From contig CAWAMW010000015.1 of assembly GCA_963783305.1 (NCBI GenBank), positions 32,001 through 96,000 on the forward strand: DNA of 64,000 nt. Direction: 5' to 3'. The notes beneath the pieces were generated by a model. It saw only the letters and a program-made list of their open reading frames with translations, ran no database searches and was not told where the DNA came from. Of this stretch, positions 1-8,787 are shown one piece after another. Both the position numbers and the translations under genes were made by a program. Positions within the stretch are counted from its first letter, which is position 1, and each line of letters begins with the position of its first letter. The DNA comes from an uncultured Gemmatimonadales bacterium. Its GTDB lineage: Bacteria; Gemmatimonadota; Gemmatimonadetes; Longimicrobiales; RSA9.

Positions 1-1661
1 AACGACTGGGGCTCCCCGCCCACGCCGAGCCACTGGTGCCGAGTAACGTGCGCACCCGCGGCCAGCACGCGTGTGGCGCTCGCGGGGACGCCCACCAGGT
101 AGCGGTTCGAGGTCTGGCCATCCAGGACCGTGAGGGCGTCGGCGTCGAAGGTGGCGCCCGTGAGCCAGAGGTGGTAGTCGCCTCGCTCGTGGATGGCCAG
201 GGGCGTGATCCGGACCTTCCAGAGGCCCGGCTGGGGCGGCGTGTCCGCTTCGGCATCGAGGATCCCGATCAGCGCCGCGTGGTCTCCGTTGGACGGCGCC
301 GGTCCGTCCACCGCGTTCAGAACGACGATGGCGCCCGCGGCGGTCCGGAGCGTGGCGGAATCCCCCGTCGCCACGGTCACCGCCTCGCCGGCGGGGGTGG
401 TGACGGTCACGGCCAGGGAGTCGGAGCCGCCGTACCAGAGCTCCAGGAGCACACCGTCATTCACCGCCCCGGGTGCAGGAGAATAGGGCGGGATCCGAAC
501 CCCCGAGGAGCCGCTCCCCGCCCGTCCCTCCGCGTGATTGGGCCCGTTCGGGGCGGGCGGGAGCGTGTTCCGATGATCGCCCGCATTGCCCGATCCGGAC
601 ACGACGATTCGGCCGGGGCCGCTCAAGGCGTCGAGGGCCTCCTCGAGGAGGGTGGTGCCGTCGTGGGGGCCGGCCTGGGAGGAGAGGGACACGTTGACGA
701 CGGCGGGGCGCCCGAGCGCCTCGGCCCGGGCGAAGATGTAGGCGACGCCGTCGACCAGCTGGTCGGCATGGAACTCGGTCTCGCCACCCTTCACCACGAT
801 GAGGTCGGCCCCGGGCGCGCCGCCGGGGAACCGCCACGGATCCTGGCCGAGACCGGTCGCCGATCCATCCCCGGCGGCGGTGCCGCTGACGTGGGTGCCG
901 TGGCCGCCGCGATCCCGCATCGGGCAGTCGCCGCCGTCGATGGCGGGGGCGGTGCACTCGACACCGTAGGTGAAGGAGTGCTCGCCCAGCATGCCGGGGC
1001 CGGAGCCGGTCTCCGACTGGTCCCAGGCGAAGAGCACGCGGGTGCCCCCATCGGGTTGGCGGAAATCGTCGTGCTCCAGGTCGAGGCCGCTATCGTAGAT
1101 CCCGACAATCACGCCCGCCCCCGTGAGCCCGTCCCAGCGCTCGCCTACCCGGCTGCGCAACCGGTCGAACCCGGCGTCGGCGTTGGCCGAGTCGTTCATG
1201 GCGACCGGGGGTGGGGGGAGGGTCGGGTGCGCCGCCGGCGCCCAGTAGAGCGGCCGGAGGGGCGTAGCGGCCTCCATGGCCTGGATCCCGGGGTCCGCGA
1301 GGAGCGCGGGGACGGCGTCCAGGGGAATCCGGGCGGTGACGATCTCTCCGGCTCGGCTGCCGATGATCGCGCCGGCGCGGAGGAGGGCGGACTCTCCGCC
1401 CGGACCCAGGCGCACGAGGGTGCGGACGCGGAGCGGACCGGCGGATGCGTCCAGCGCCAGGTCGAAGAGGCCCGGGAGGGAGGGTGAGACGGCGTCAGGC
1501 CGGGGAAGCGGGGCGCGCCGGTCGGCGGCTGGGGCCTCCGCGGCAGGACGGTTCATGAGGAGGAACCGGAGGGCGGGATCAGCCCTGGACAGGTCCTGTG
1601 CGGAAGCCGCGGTCGGCGCGACGAGGGCGGTGGCGAGGATCGCCATGGCCAGGCGAGTCAA
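1..1661 (-). CDS. S8 family (subtilisin-like) serine peptidase, secreted; runs off the left edge of the window
   Basis: Not in the ORF track (no stop in window). Manual translation gives a signal peptide (MTRLAMAILATALVAPTAASAQ), GAGVIVGIYDSGLD (catalytic Asp), GGHGTHVSGTAAG (catalytic His) and SGSGNAG (oxyanion Asn). The catalytic Ser lies outside the window. Start is TTG 1661 or ATG 1646. Confidence 0.9.
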   Translation of the reverse strand, partial: MTRLAMAILATALVAPTAASAQDLSRADPALRFLLMNRPAAEAPAADRRAPLPRPDAVSPSLPGLFDLALDASAGPLRVRTLVRLGPGGESALLRAGAIIGSRAGEIVTARIPLDAVPALLADPGIQAMEAATPLRPLYWAPAAHPTLPPPPVAMNDSANADAGFDRLRSRVGERWDGLTGAGVIVGIYDSGLDLEHDDFRQPDGGTRVLFAWDQSETGSGPGMLGEHSFTYGVECTAPAIDGGDCPMRDRGGHGTHVSGTAAGDGSATGLGQDPWRFPGGAPGADLIVVKGGETEFHADQLVDGVAYIFARAEALGRPAVVNVSLSSQAGPHDGTTLLEEALDALSGPGRIVVSGSGNAGDHRNTLPPAPNGPNHAEGRAGSGSSGVRIPPYSPAPGAVNDGVLLELWYGGSDSLAVTVTTPAGEAVTVATGDSATLRTAAGAIVVLNAVDGPAPSNGDHAALIGILDAEADTPPQPGLWKVRITPLAIHERGDYHLWLTGATFDADALTVLDGQTSNRYLVGVPASATRVLAAGAHVTRHQWLGVGGEPQS

Positions 1662-1663
1662 TC

Positions 1664-2167
1664 CTACGGCTCCGATGGGTCGAATCCGAACGTGTAGTAA
1701 TCGGTCGGGCGGCCGGCGATGTCTCCAATGGCACCGTCCAGGCGCTCCAGGGTCGCCGGCTCCTCGCCCGCTCCTTCGGCGGCGGCCCGGATTGATTCCA
1801 GTATGGCGCGCACATCGTCTGGCTGGAGCAGGACGTAGGATCGCGGATCCTCCGCCTCACCGCGCCGGTGGACGACCAGCTCCACCCGGTCGGCATCGCC
1901 CGAGAGCTTCCAGACGTCCCCCGTCTTCTTCAGCAGCTTGTCCGACGTCTTCACCTCCGCGTGGACCGCCTTCACCAGCCGCTGAACCTCCCGATCCGTG
2001 CTCTCGCCCCTGCGGCGGCCGAACCTGCGACCCAGTTCCAGCGGGTCCCCCTCCTCCGCCCTCTCCACCGCACGGTTCATCAGTCCACCGACCTGGGCGT
2101 AGATTCCCAGGACGAGCGGGACGGGGTCGATCGCTATGCGCATCGGGACTGCCTCCGTTATCACCAT
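1664..2167 (-). CDS. hypothetical protein
   Basis: C-terminal part of ORF 1664..2770 with protein-like composition. Its stop lies 2 nt before the S8 start. Start is ATG 2167 or 2143. Confidence 0.65.
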   Translation of the reverse strand: MVITEAVPMRIAIDPVPLVLGIYAQVGGLMNRAVERAEEGDPLELGRRFGRRRGESTDREVQRLVKAVHAEVKTSDKLLKKTGDVWKLSGDADRVELVVHRRGEAEDPRSYVLLQPDDVRAILESIRAAAEGAGEEPATLERLDGAIGDIAGRPTDYYTFGFDPSEP

Positions 2168-2368
2168 TGCCACGGACGGCCGACGCCTTCTACGCCGGAC
2201 GCCCCCAAGTTTGTGGGCCCGAGCGGCGCACGTCCAGTCGAGACGGCAGGGAGGCGTCGGCATGAGGTGGCGTTCGGCCCCGACAGGGCCCATCTTTTGG
2301 TCCTTCGCGACGTCGTCCCGGCTGCGTCGCCCCAGGAACACATGGAACGAACCCGACGGAGATGCGGC

Positions 2369-2827
2369 ATGAAGGGGATATCGAAGATCGCGCTGTTCGG
2401 CGCAGTCGCGCTGGTGGGATGCGAGAACATGGGGCTGGATTACGCCGGCGCGGCCGAGGAAGCGCGCGTCGAGGCGCCCACGGCGCTGGTGGCGGCGGTC
2501 CATCCGCAGGGGTCGAAGCCCGAGTGGCCCCCGCTGATCGTTGACGGGAAGCGCTGGGTCGCCGCCGGCGAGGCGGTGGCGGTCGACGAAGTGGACGTCC
2601 ATCCCGTCGGCTCCGCCAGCGGCACCACTGTGTACGCGCGCAGCTGGGACACACCCCCCTACGACCAGCTCTTCACACGCGGTCCTTCGGACGCCGCGAT
2701 GGATGGCGAATGGCGGTCCTACCTGCCGGTGATCGGCGAGAGCGGTATGCGCGGTGGGGCCGGAGAGCACGAGGCGCCACGCGGCGCGGCTGACGACACG
2801 GCTACGGACGAGAGCGCCGGACGCTGA
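2369..2827 (+). CDS. hypothetical lipoprotein
   Basis: MKGISKIALFGAVALVGC signal peptide with lipobox; GGAG upstream. Confidence 0.75.
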   Translation: MKGISKIALFGAVALVGCENMGLDYAGAAEEARVEAPTALVAAVHPQGSKPEWPPLIVDGKRWVAAGEAVAVDEVDVHPVGSASGTTVYARSWDTPPYDQLFTRGPSDAAMDGEWRSYLPVIGESGMRGGAGEHEAPRGAADDTATDESAGR

Positions 2828-2828
2828 C

Positions 2829-3206
2829 CTAGGCGCCGGCGGCTGTTTCCCGCTCGAGCGCGTCGGCCGTGACCGCGCGGTGGGAGCCGTGCCAGGCGAC
2901 GGTGCCCCTGCGCAGCACGAACGCCTGGGGCGATTCGTGGCGGACGGAGAGCCGGTGTTCCACCTCCCGCGACATCGATCGGGCGCGAATTACGTCCACG
3001 AGGTAGACCGGGACGTCCGGGTTGTCCTCCATGAAGGACCGCACCTCACGGAACACCATGTCCGACAGGCCGCACAGCGGGCTGTGCTTGTAGAGGACGG
3101 CCAGCGGCTCTCCCAGCGCGCTCTCGAGCGCCTGCGGGTCTCGGATAGGGATGGGCTCGACGGCCTCCTTCGGACCGGCGGCGCGCCCCTTCTCCTGGCT
3201 ACTCAC
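2829..3206 (-). CDS. ytxJ: YtxJ/BrxC family (DUF2847) monothiol thioredoxin-fold redox protein
   Basis: KHSPLCGLS and VRHESPQAFV motifs; GTGA overlap with the DUF72 stop. Confidence 0.85.
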   Translation of the reverse strand: MSSQEKGRAAGPKEAVEPIPIRDPQALESALGEPLAVLYKHSPLCGLSDMVFREVRSFMEDNPDVPVYLVDVIRARSMSREVEHRLSVRHESPQAFVLRRGTVAWHGSHRAVTADALERETAAGA

Positions 3207-4018
3207 AGGAACAGGTCCTGTTGCGGTGACAGCTCGGCAGGCTCGACCGGCTCCTGACCGAGGTGACGTTGGAGCCTGCGTGCGCTGGCCGGGCTGTGAC
3301 CCTGATACTCGTTGTTGAAAAACGCGAACACTTCACCTGCCTCCAATCCACGAATCAGCTTTCCCCATCTTCGGATCTCATGGTTCCGCTCCTCCACGAC
3401 CTCCGCCGGGCTCCGTCCCCGGGCGGGCGCTCCGAGCCAGCGGAGGTACACGAGCCCGCTCCCTCCCTCCTCCACCAGCTCCACCAGCGCGGCCCGTGCC
3501 GCCGCCTCGTCCAGCCATGGCCCCACGCTCAGCGCCAGGGCCACGCCCAGCTCGCGGAGCATGGCGCGCGTCTCCGGCACGAGCCAGGCGCGGTCGCGGA
3601 ACTCGATGGCGAAGCCGAGGTCCGTGGGCAGGACTCGCAGGAACGCTGCCGTCACGTCGAACGCGGCGGGGCCGTGGCTGGCCGGGAGTTGGATGAGGAT
3701 GGGGCCGAGCTTGCGGCCCAGCTCGCGCGCGTCGTCGCAGAAGCGGAGTGCGAGGCGGGCGTCCTGAAGGCTCAACTCGTGAGTGGTCTCCCCGGGAAGC
3801 TTGAGGGTGAACACGAACCCGTCGGGCGTCCGCTCCCTCCATGAGACAAAGCGCTCGCGCGGTGGGGGGCCGTAGAAGGTGGAATCCACCTCCACGACGT
3901 CGAAGGCGCGCGCGTACAGCGCGAGCCGGTCGGCGGAACGGACGCCGGCGGGATAGAAGCGGCCCACCCAATCGTCGTAGCTCCAGCCCTGCGTCCCGAC
4001 GCGTACCCGTGGGCTCAG
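3203..4018 (-). CDS. DUF72 domain-containing protein
   Basis: VRVGTQGWSYDDW, VEVDSTFY, LGPILIQLP, AIEFRD and FFNN motifs. The conserved N-terminus lies upstream of the first canonical start (GTG 3967), implying a CTG start at 4018. Confidence 0.9.
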   Translation of the reverse strand: MSPRVRVGTQGWSYDDWVGRFYPAGVRSADRLALYARAFDVVEVDSTFYGPPPRERFVSWRERTPDGFVFTLKLPGETTHELSLQDARLALRFCDDARELGRKLGPILIQLPASHGPAAFDVTAAFLRVLPTDLGFAIEFRDRAWLVPETRAMLRELGVALALSVGPWLDEAAARAALVELVEEGGSGLVYLRWLGAPARGRSPAEVVEERNHEIRRWGKLIRGLEAGEVFAFFNNEYQGHSPASARRLQRHLGQEPVEPAELSPQQDLFL

Positions 4019-4344
4019 CGGGGGCCCTCCCCTTCCCTGTCTTCCTCAGCCAGTTCGGGATCGAACAGGATGCCGTGATCGTTTTCGGCGGACGGCTCTC
4101 GAGGGGTGCGGGGGAGTGAGCGGGCTTGCGGACGCTCCGCCAGCAGGCGCTCGAGGAAACGCTGCTGCTCCTGCAGGTCGTCCAGCCGGTTTTCCAGGAG
4201 ACCGATGGCGCTCTCGAGGCGATCGAAGCGCGGCTCCGACGACGGATCCAGGGGACGGCGCTCGCCCTTGATCCGCTGGAGCCCACCCGCGAGAAGCAGC
4301 GCACCCATGACGATGGTGAAGACGAAGATCATGAAGCCCAACAT
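4015..4344 (-). CDS. small membrane protein, N-terminal TM helix plus coiled coil (PspB-like architecture)
   Basis: AAGGAGG RBS before ATG 4344; hydrophobic MLGFMIFVFTIVMGALLLAGGL then RFDRLESAIGLLENRLDDLQEQQRFLERLL heptads. Confidence 0.75.
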   Translation of the reverse strand: MLGFMIFVFTIVMGALLLAGGLQRIKGERRPLDPSSEPRFDRLESAIGLLENRLDDLQEQQRFLERLLAERPQARSLPRTPREPSAENDHGILFDPELAEEDREGEGPR

Positions 4345-4372
4345 TCTGCCTCCTTCGACCACGCCAGCCGGT

Positions 4373-4924
4373 CTACAGGTCCACCCGGAGACCGATCCCG
4401 GCCAGCGTGAGGTTCAGCCTCGCGATCCGCTCCCAGCGGAACTCCGCGTAGGGCGAGACTCGCTGGAGGACCCGCCAGTACAGCTCGATCCCCATGAGGT
4501 ACGACAGGACGGTTTCGTCGGCGAAGCTCGCGCCCGCGCCGGCCCGGAGGGCGGCATGCACACCGGGCTCCGTCGGATCGCGCGTAAGCAGGGTCTCGGC
4601 GCCCGCCCGTACCACCCAACCCTCTTCCGCGCACGCGATCCCCGGGACGCACTCGAAGTCGGGCCGGCTGAAGCGGGCGCCGTCGGCCCACGGCTGGAAC
4701 CCGGAGGACCGGGGGACCGTCACCCGGAGCCCCACCGACACCATGTCTCGCGCCACGTCGAAGGTGCCGAATCCTCCCACGCTGGCTGCGCCTTCGAGGG
4801 CGAGCTGGAGGCGCGGCGCGGTGGACGCATCGGCGCTCTGCGCGCCCACCGCACTCGGTCCCAGCGCGCTGAGCAGCCCGCTGAGCAGCGCAACGACGAG
4901 CGTCCGCGCGAGCGCGATCCTCAG
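4373..4924 (-). CDS. hypothetical secreted protein, probable small outer-membrane beta-barrel
   Basis: Alternating amphipathic strands ending in LTLAGIGLRVDL. A complete signal peptide (RIALARTLVVALLSGLLSALGPSAVGAQ) appears only if translation starts at CTG 4924. Confidence 0.65.
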   Translation of the reverse strand: MRIALARTLVVALLSGLLSALGPSAVGAQSADASTAPRLQLALEGAASVGGFGTFDVARDMVSVGLRVTVPRSSGFQPWADGARFSRPDFECVPGIACAEEGWVVRAGAETLLTRDPTEPGVHAALRAGAGASFADETVLSYLMGIELYWRVLQRVSPYAEFRWERIARLNLTLAGIGLRVDL

Positions 4925-5199
4925 AAGAGCTTCCCCGCCAGCGACGGCTCCTTGTCTGTGCGGGTGCCGATCTTGACGAAGCTCGCGATGCGGATGGTGC
5001 CTTCGGCGTGGAGCGTCTCGTGGACCCGCCGGATCGCGTCGAGGACATCGGCCAGCTCGCCCTCCATGTTGGTCCCGTTGCCATGCAGCTCCACCTTCAC
5101 CCCGGACTCCTCGAGGATCTGGTGCGCTCGCTTCACTTCCCGGCGAACCGACACCCCAGAACCGATGGGGATCACCTGGACTTCTGCCGTAGCTTTCAT
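4921..5199 (-). CDS. MTH1187/YkoF family thiamine-binding protein
   Basis: AEVQVIPIGSGVSV...GTNMEGE...KIGTRTDK pattern, 92 aa. Confidence 0.85.
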   Translation of the reverse strand: MKATAEVQVIPIGSGVSVRREVKRAHQILEESGVKVELHGNGTNMEGELADVLDAIRRVHETLHAEGTIRIASFVKIGTRTDKEPSLAGKLF

Positions 5200-5263
5200 C
5201 TGATCTCTCTCTCGGATGTTCTGCCGTAACGGAACGGTGGGGCGGCCCTCTCCGAAAAGCAAT

Positions 5264-6025
5264 TCAGGGGGAGACCAGAATGCTGCAGCAGGTGACGCCG
5301 GCCTCCGCCTTGGCCAGCTCGGAGAGGTCGACCTCCACCACGCGCACTCCCCGGGCCCGGAGCCGTTCCCGGGTACGGGGCTGCCCCGCCGGCATGATCA
5401 CGCTGCCACGGACGGCGAGGATGTTCGCGGCGAACGGCTCGTCCGGATGAACCTCGACCAGCTCGAACCTGGCGAACGGCGTCGTGTCCACCCATTCGGG
5501 GTTCACGAGGAGGGAGCCATCGACGGCGGCGGAGATGGCGGTCTTCAGGTGCAGACACCCCCGCACCGGCACCTGCTGGACCTCATAGCCGAGTGGCTCC
5601 GCGATGGCGCTGAGCTGCCCGAAGCCCGCCGCATTCGTTCGCTCCGACTGGCCGACCCAGAGGGTGCGGTGGACTCGGAGCACATCACCGCCATCCAGGG
5701 TGCCAGGGGCCTCGATGCGGCGAAGGGGCCGCAACTCCATGAGCGCTTCGGCCACTGCCTGGGTCTCCGGCCGCCGGCTCTGAGCGCCCGGTCGCGCCAC
5801 GATCGCCACCTCGTCCAGCACCACGGCTGTGTCCTCGACGAAGACGGAGTCCGGCAGGTCATCGGCGGCCGGTATTTCCACGATCGTGCAGCCGAGGTCC
5901 TGCAGGGCGGCGCGGTAGAGGTCGTGCTGTCGCGCGGCGGCGGCGGGATCGATGGACGTGCGCTGGAGGTGCGACAGCTCACACCGGCCGATGGCGGGGC
6001 TCACGGCCCGGGTAAGGGCGAGCAT
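5264..6025 (-). CDS. dimethylarginine dimethylaminohydrolase (amidinotransferase family)
   Basis: DLPDSVFVEDTAVV, LDGGDVL, LHLKTA and C-terminal GVTCCS motifs. Confidence 0.9.
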   Translation of the reverse strand: MLALTRAVSPAIGRCELSHLQRTSIDPAAAARQHDLYRAALQDLGCTIVEIPAADDLPDSVFVEDTAVVLDEVAIVARPGAQSRRPETQAVAEALMELRPLRRIEAPGTLDGGDVLRVHRTLWVGQSERTNAAGFGQLSAIAEPLGYEVQQVPVRGCLHLKTAISAAVDGSLLVNPEWVDTTPFARFELVEVHPDEPFAANILAVRGSVIMPAGQPRTRERLRARGVRVVEVDLSELAKAEAGVTCCSILVSP

Positions 6026-6255
6026 CAGTTCGGCGAAAGGAGCCGAGTGATGTGTCGGAGTGGCTCGATGAACCAGAGGCGCGCGGGCATCCGGCTCTCC
6101 CGGGGTACGCGATCCTGGTATCGGACGACCGGTTGCGGATCCCCGAGGAGTCTCTGCTCGCGCTCGGACCCTGCCGCCTCGACAAAGCCGATCACCGCGC
6201 CGGCAAGGATACTGCGCCACGGGCTCCAGCGCGTCACGCCTCCCACGTTCTTCAT
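6025..6255 (-). CDS. possible small hypothetical protein (76 aa)
   Basis: Fills the prfC-DDAH gap. ATG lies 10 nt after the prfC stop and its stop forms a TGATG overlap with the DDAH start. No clear RBS. Confidence 0.35.
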   Translation of the reverse strand: MKNVGGVTRWSPWRSILAGAVIGFVEAAGSEREQRLLGDPQPVVRYQDRVPRESRMPARLWFIEPLRHITRLLSPN

Positions 6256-6265
6256 CGCCGGCCAG

Positions 6266-7858
6266 CTACGGCGCGATGGCGTGAAAGGCGAGGCTCTCCT
6301 CGCGCTCCTCGGCGTGCTGAAGGCCCCAGCGGCTGCTGAACAGGATGAGCGGACGCTCTCTGGCGTCGAACACCAGCAGGCGCCCCTCCCCGCGCGCGAC
6401 TCGCCGAATATCGGGCTCCGGCCCCACCACCCAGCGGGCGTGGGTGTACGGCAGGCGCTCGAGCCGGGCCTTGGCGCCGTACTCGCCCTCGAGCCGGTGG
6501 AGAAGCACGTCGAACTGGAGCATCCCCACCGCACCCACAATGGGCGTATGCCCGGCCTGGATGTCCTCGTAGAAGACCTGCGCCGCCCCTTCCTCCGAGA
6601 GCTGCCGGAGCCCTGTATCCAGCTGTTTCCGCCGGAGCGGGTCCTCCGTCCGGATGCGAGCGAAATGCTCCGGGCTGAAGCGAGGGATCCCGCCAAAATG
6701 GATGTCACCGTTGGCGGAAAGTGTGTCCCCGATCCGGAGCTGGCCCCGGTCGTGGAGCCCGATCACATCCCCCGGCCACGCCTCTTCGACGGCCGTCCGG
6801 TCCTGCGCCATGAACTGCTGAGGCTGCGCCAGCCGGACATTCTCACCCGTCCTCGTGTTCTCAACCTGCATTCCGGGCTCGAACCGACCCGAGCAGATCC
6901 GAAGGAAGGCGATCCGGTCGCGGTGGCGCGGATCCATGTTCGCCTGGATCTTGAAAATGAAACCGGTGAAGGCCCCGTGCTCGGGCAGGATCGCCTCGCC
7001 CTCGTCGGTCTCCCGGGGAGCGGGACGCGGCGAGTACTCGAGGAAGTGCCGGAGGAGCGGCTCCACACCGAAGTTCGTGAGCGCGCTGCCGAAGAATGTG
7101 GGCGATAGTTCGCCCGCCTCTACGGCGGCCGGGTCGAATTCGGCACCCGCCAGCTCCAGCAGCTGCAGCTCTTCCTTCACGCGCTCCAGCACTTCGGCGG
7201 GCACGCGCTCGGCCACGCGAGGATCATCCAGTCCCCCCTCCAGCACCTTCGCTCTCCTGGCGCCATGGTCACCGCCCTTTTCGAACAGGCGAACCACGTC
7301 CTCCATCCGGTCATACACGCCAAGGAACTCGTTGCCGTGATGGATCGGCCAGGTGATAGGGTAGCACCGGATCCCGAGATCGCTCTCCACGTCATCGAGC
7401 AGCTGGAGCGGGTTCTCGCCCGCCCGATCGCTCTTGTTGACGAAGGTGAAGATGGGGATCCGACGGAGCTTGCAGACCTCGAAGAGCTTTCGCGTCTGCT
7501 CTTCCACACCCTTCCGGTTGTCCAGGAGCATGATGGCGCTGTCGGCGGCCACCAGGGTGCGGTACGTGTCCTCGGAGAAATCCTGATGCCCCGGAGTGTC
7601 CAGGAGGTTGATCCGATACCCCGAGTAGTCGAACTGGAGGACGCTGGAGGTGACGCTGATCCCTCGTTCCTTCTCGAGCTCCATCCAGTCCGAGGTCGCG
7701 TGGCGCTTGGCCCGCCGGGCCTTCACCGACCCCGCCAGGTGGATGGCGCCGCCGTACAGCAGCAGCTTCTCCGTCAGCGTCGTCTTGCCCGCGTCCGGAT
7801 GGCTGATGATGGCGAAGGTCCGCCGTCGGTCGATCTCTTTCTGGATTGTGGCCGTCAT
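6266..7858 (-). CDS. prfC: peptide chain release factor 3
   Basis: RRRTFAIISHPDAGKTTLTEKLLL, DWMELEKERGISVTSS, DTPGHQDFSEDTYRTL, FKIQANMDPRHRDRIAF. Confidence 0.98.
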   Translation of the reverse strand: MTATIQKEIDRRRTFAIISHPDAGKTTLTEKLLLYGGAIHLAGSVKARRAKRHATSDWMELEKERGISVTSSVLQFDYSGYRINLLDTPGHQDFSEDTYRTLVAADSAIMLLDNRKGVEEQTRKLFEVCKLRRIPIFTFVNKSDRAGENPLQLLDDVESDLGIRCYPITWPIHHGNEFLGVYDRMEDVVRLFEKGGDHGARRAKVLEGGLDDPRVAERVPAEVLERVKEELQLLELAGAEFDPAAVEAGELSPTFFGSALTNFGVEPLLRHFLEYSPRPAPRETDEGEAILPEHGAFTGFIFKIQANMDPRHRDRIAFLRICSGRFEPGMQVENTRTGENVRLAQPQQFMAQDRTAVEEAWPGDVIGLHDRGQLRIGDTLSANGDIHFGGIPRFSPEHFARIRTEDPLRRKQLDTGLRQLSEEGAAQVFYEDIQAGHTPIVGAVGMLQFDVLLHRLEGEYGAKARLERLPYTHARWVVGPEPDIRRVARGEGRLLVFDARERPLILFSSRWGLQHAEEREESLAFHAIAP

Positions 7859-7936
7859 AGCCCTGAATGGTCGCGCCAACCGGGCCAGGATTCAAGGGCA
7901 GGGGTCCGACAGTCACGTCCGGGCGCTGCTCCGGGA

Positions 7937-8686
7937 CTACCGCCTCCGGATGGGAATGTAGATCTCTTCCTCCACAACGGCGGAGAGACGAATGCCATCG
8001 TGCAGCTTGGGCTCGAAGTCGGTGCCGAAGACCCAGTCCATGAGGAACTGGTCGACGACGGTGTCGCCGCTCGGGCGCGGCAGTCGCACGCCGGTGATCC
8101 GTCCGTCAGGGTCGAGGAAGATCTGGATCGGGTAGCGGCGACCACGCGCATGCTCGAGCGCGGCCAGGTCCCGTGCGGAGGTGACGAGGGGGATCACCCG
8201 CTGCCGGAGTCCTTTCCTCGGCTCGGGCGGACAGATGACCGACGGCTCCAGCCCCGCGACATCGCCGCCGACCACGTGGACGCGCACTCCCCAATCGATG
8301 GGCCCTGCCTCGTTCAGCGACTCCATGAAGAGACGCTCCAGCGTCGCGACGCGGGTCGGGTCGAGGGAGGATTCTATCGCCTGGACCCAGGCGAGGCGCC
8401 CCTGATCGTCATATCGTACGGAAAGGACGACGCTGTCGGAGGGGGTCAGGTCGAGACCCCAGAGCGCGACATTGCCGCGGGTCCCAAGCCGGGCGAGTCG
8501 CGAGAAGGCGGGGAGCTCGGCGTCCCTCGAGGCGAACTGGCACGTCCGACCCTCCACGCCCGGCAGCTCGACCCGGGCCATACCACCCCGCCGCAGCTCG
8601 CCGGGAGGGGTACGGCCACCGCACGCACCGACTCCCGTTGCGAGAATCAGCGCCAGTCCCACGAGAGCAGCGTTCCTCCGCACCAT
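7937..8686 (-). CDS. lipoprotein with TonB C-terminal-like domain(s)
   Basis: Lipobox VGAC; IQIFLDPDGRITGVRLPRPSGDTVVDQ...FEP resembles TonB_C, with a weaker copy VVLSVRYDDQGRLAWVQAIESS. Confidence 0.65.
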   Translation of the reverse strand: MVRRNAALVGLALILATGVGACGGRTPPGELRRGGMARVELPGVEGRTCQFASRDAELPAFSRLARLGTRGNVALWGLDLTPSDSVVLSVRYDDQGRLAWVQAIESSLDPTRVATLERLFMESLNEAGPIDWGVRVHVVGGDVAGLEPSVICPPEPRKGLRQRVIPLVTSARDLAALEHARGRRYPIQIFLDPDGRITGVRLPRPSGDTVVDQFLMDWVFGTDFEPKLHDGIRLSAVVEEEIYIPIRRR

Positions 8687-8787
8687 GGCCCTTCTCCACG
8701 TTCAGATTCTTCTACGGCACCCGAGCTGTGCCGGCTGCACATAGAACGACTCAGGGCCGGCCGATGGGACACCCCATTATGATCGCT

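Noticed and set aside
36..1487. 483-aa plus-strand ORF, and many other long antisense ORFs (e.g. 5216-7108, 19094-22018, 25489-27066, 54962-56449)
   Set aside because: Shadow frames of genuine genes on the opposite strand; typical of high-GC DNA, with no recognisable motifs.
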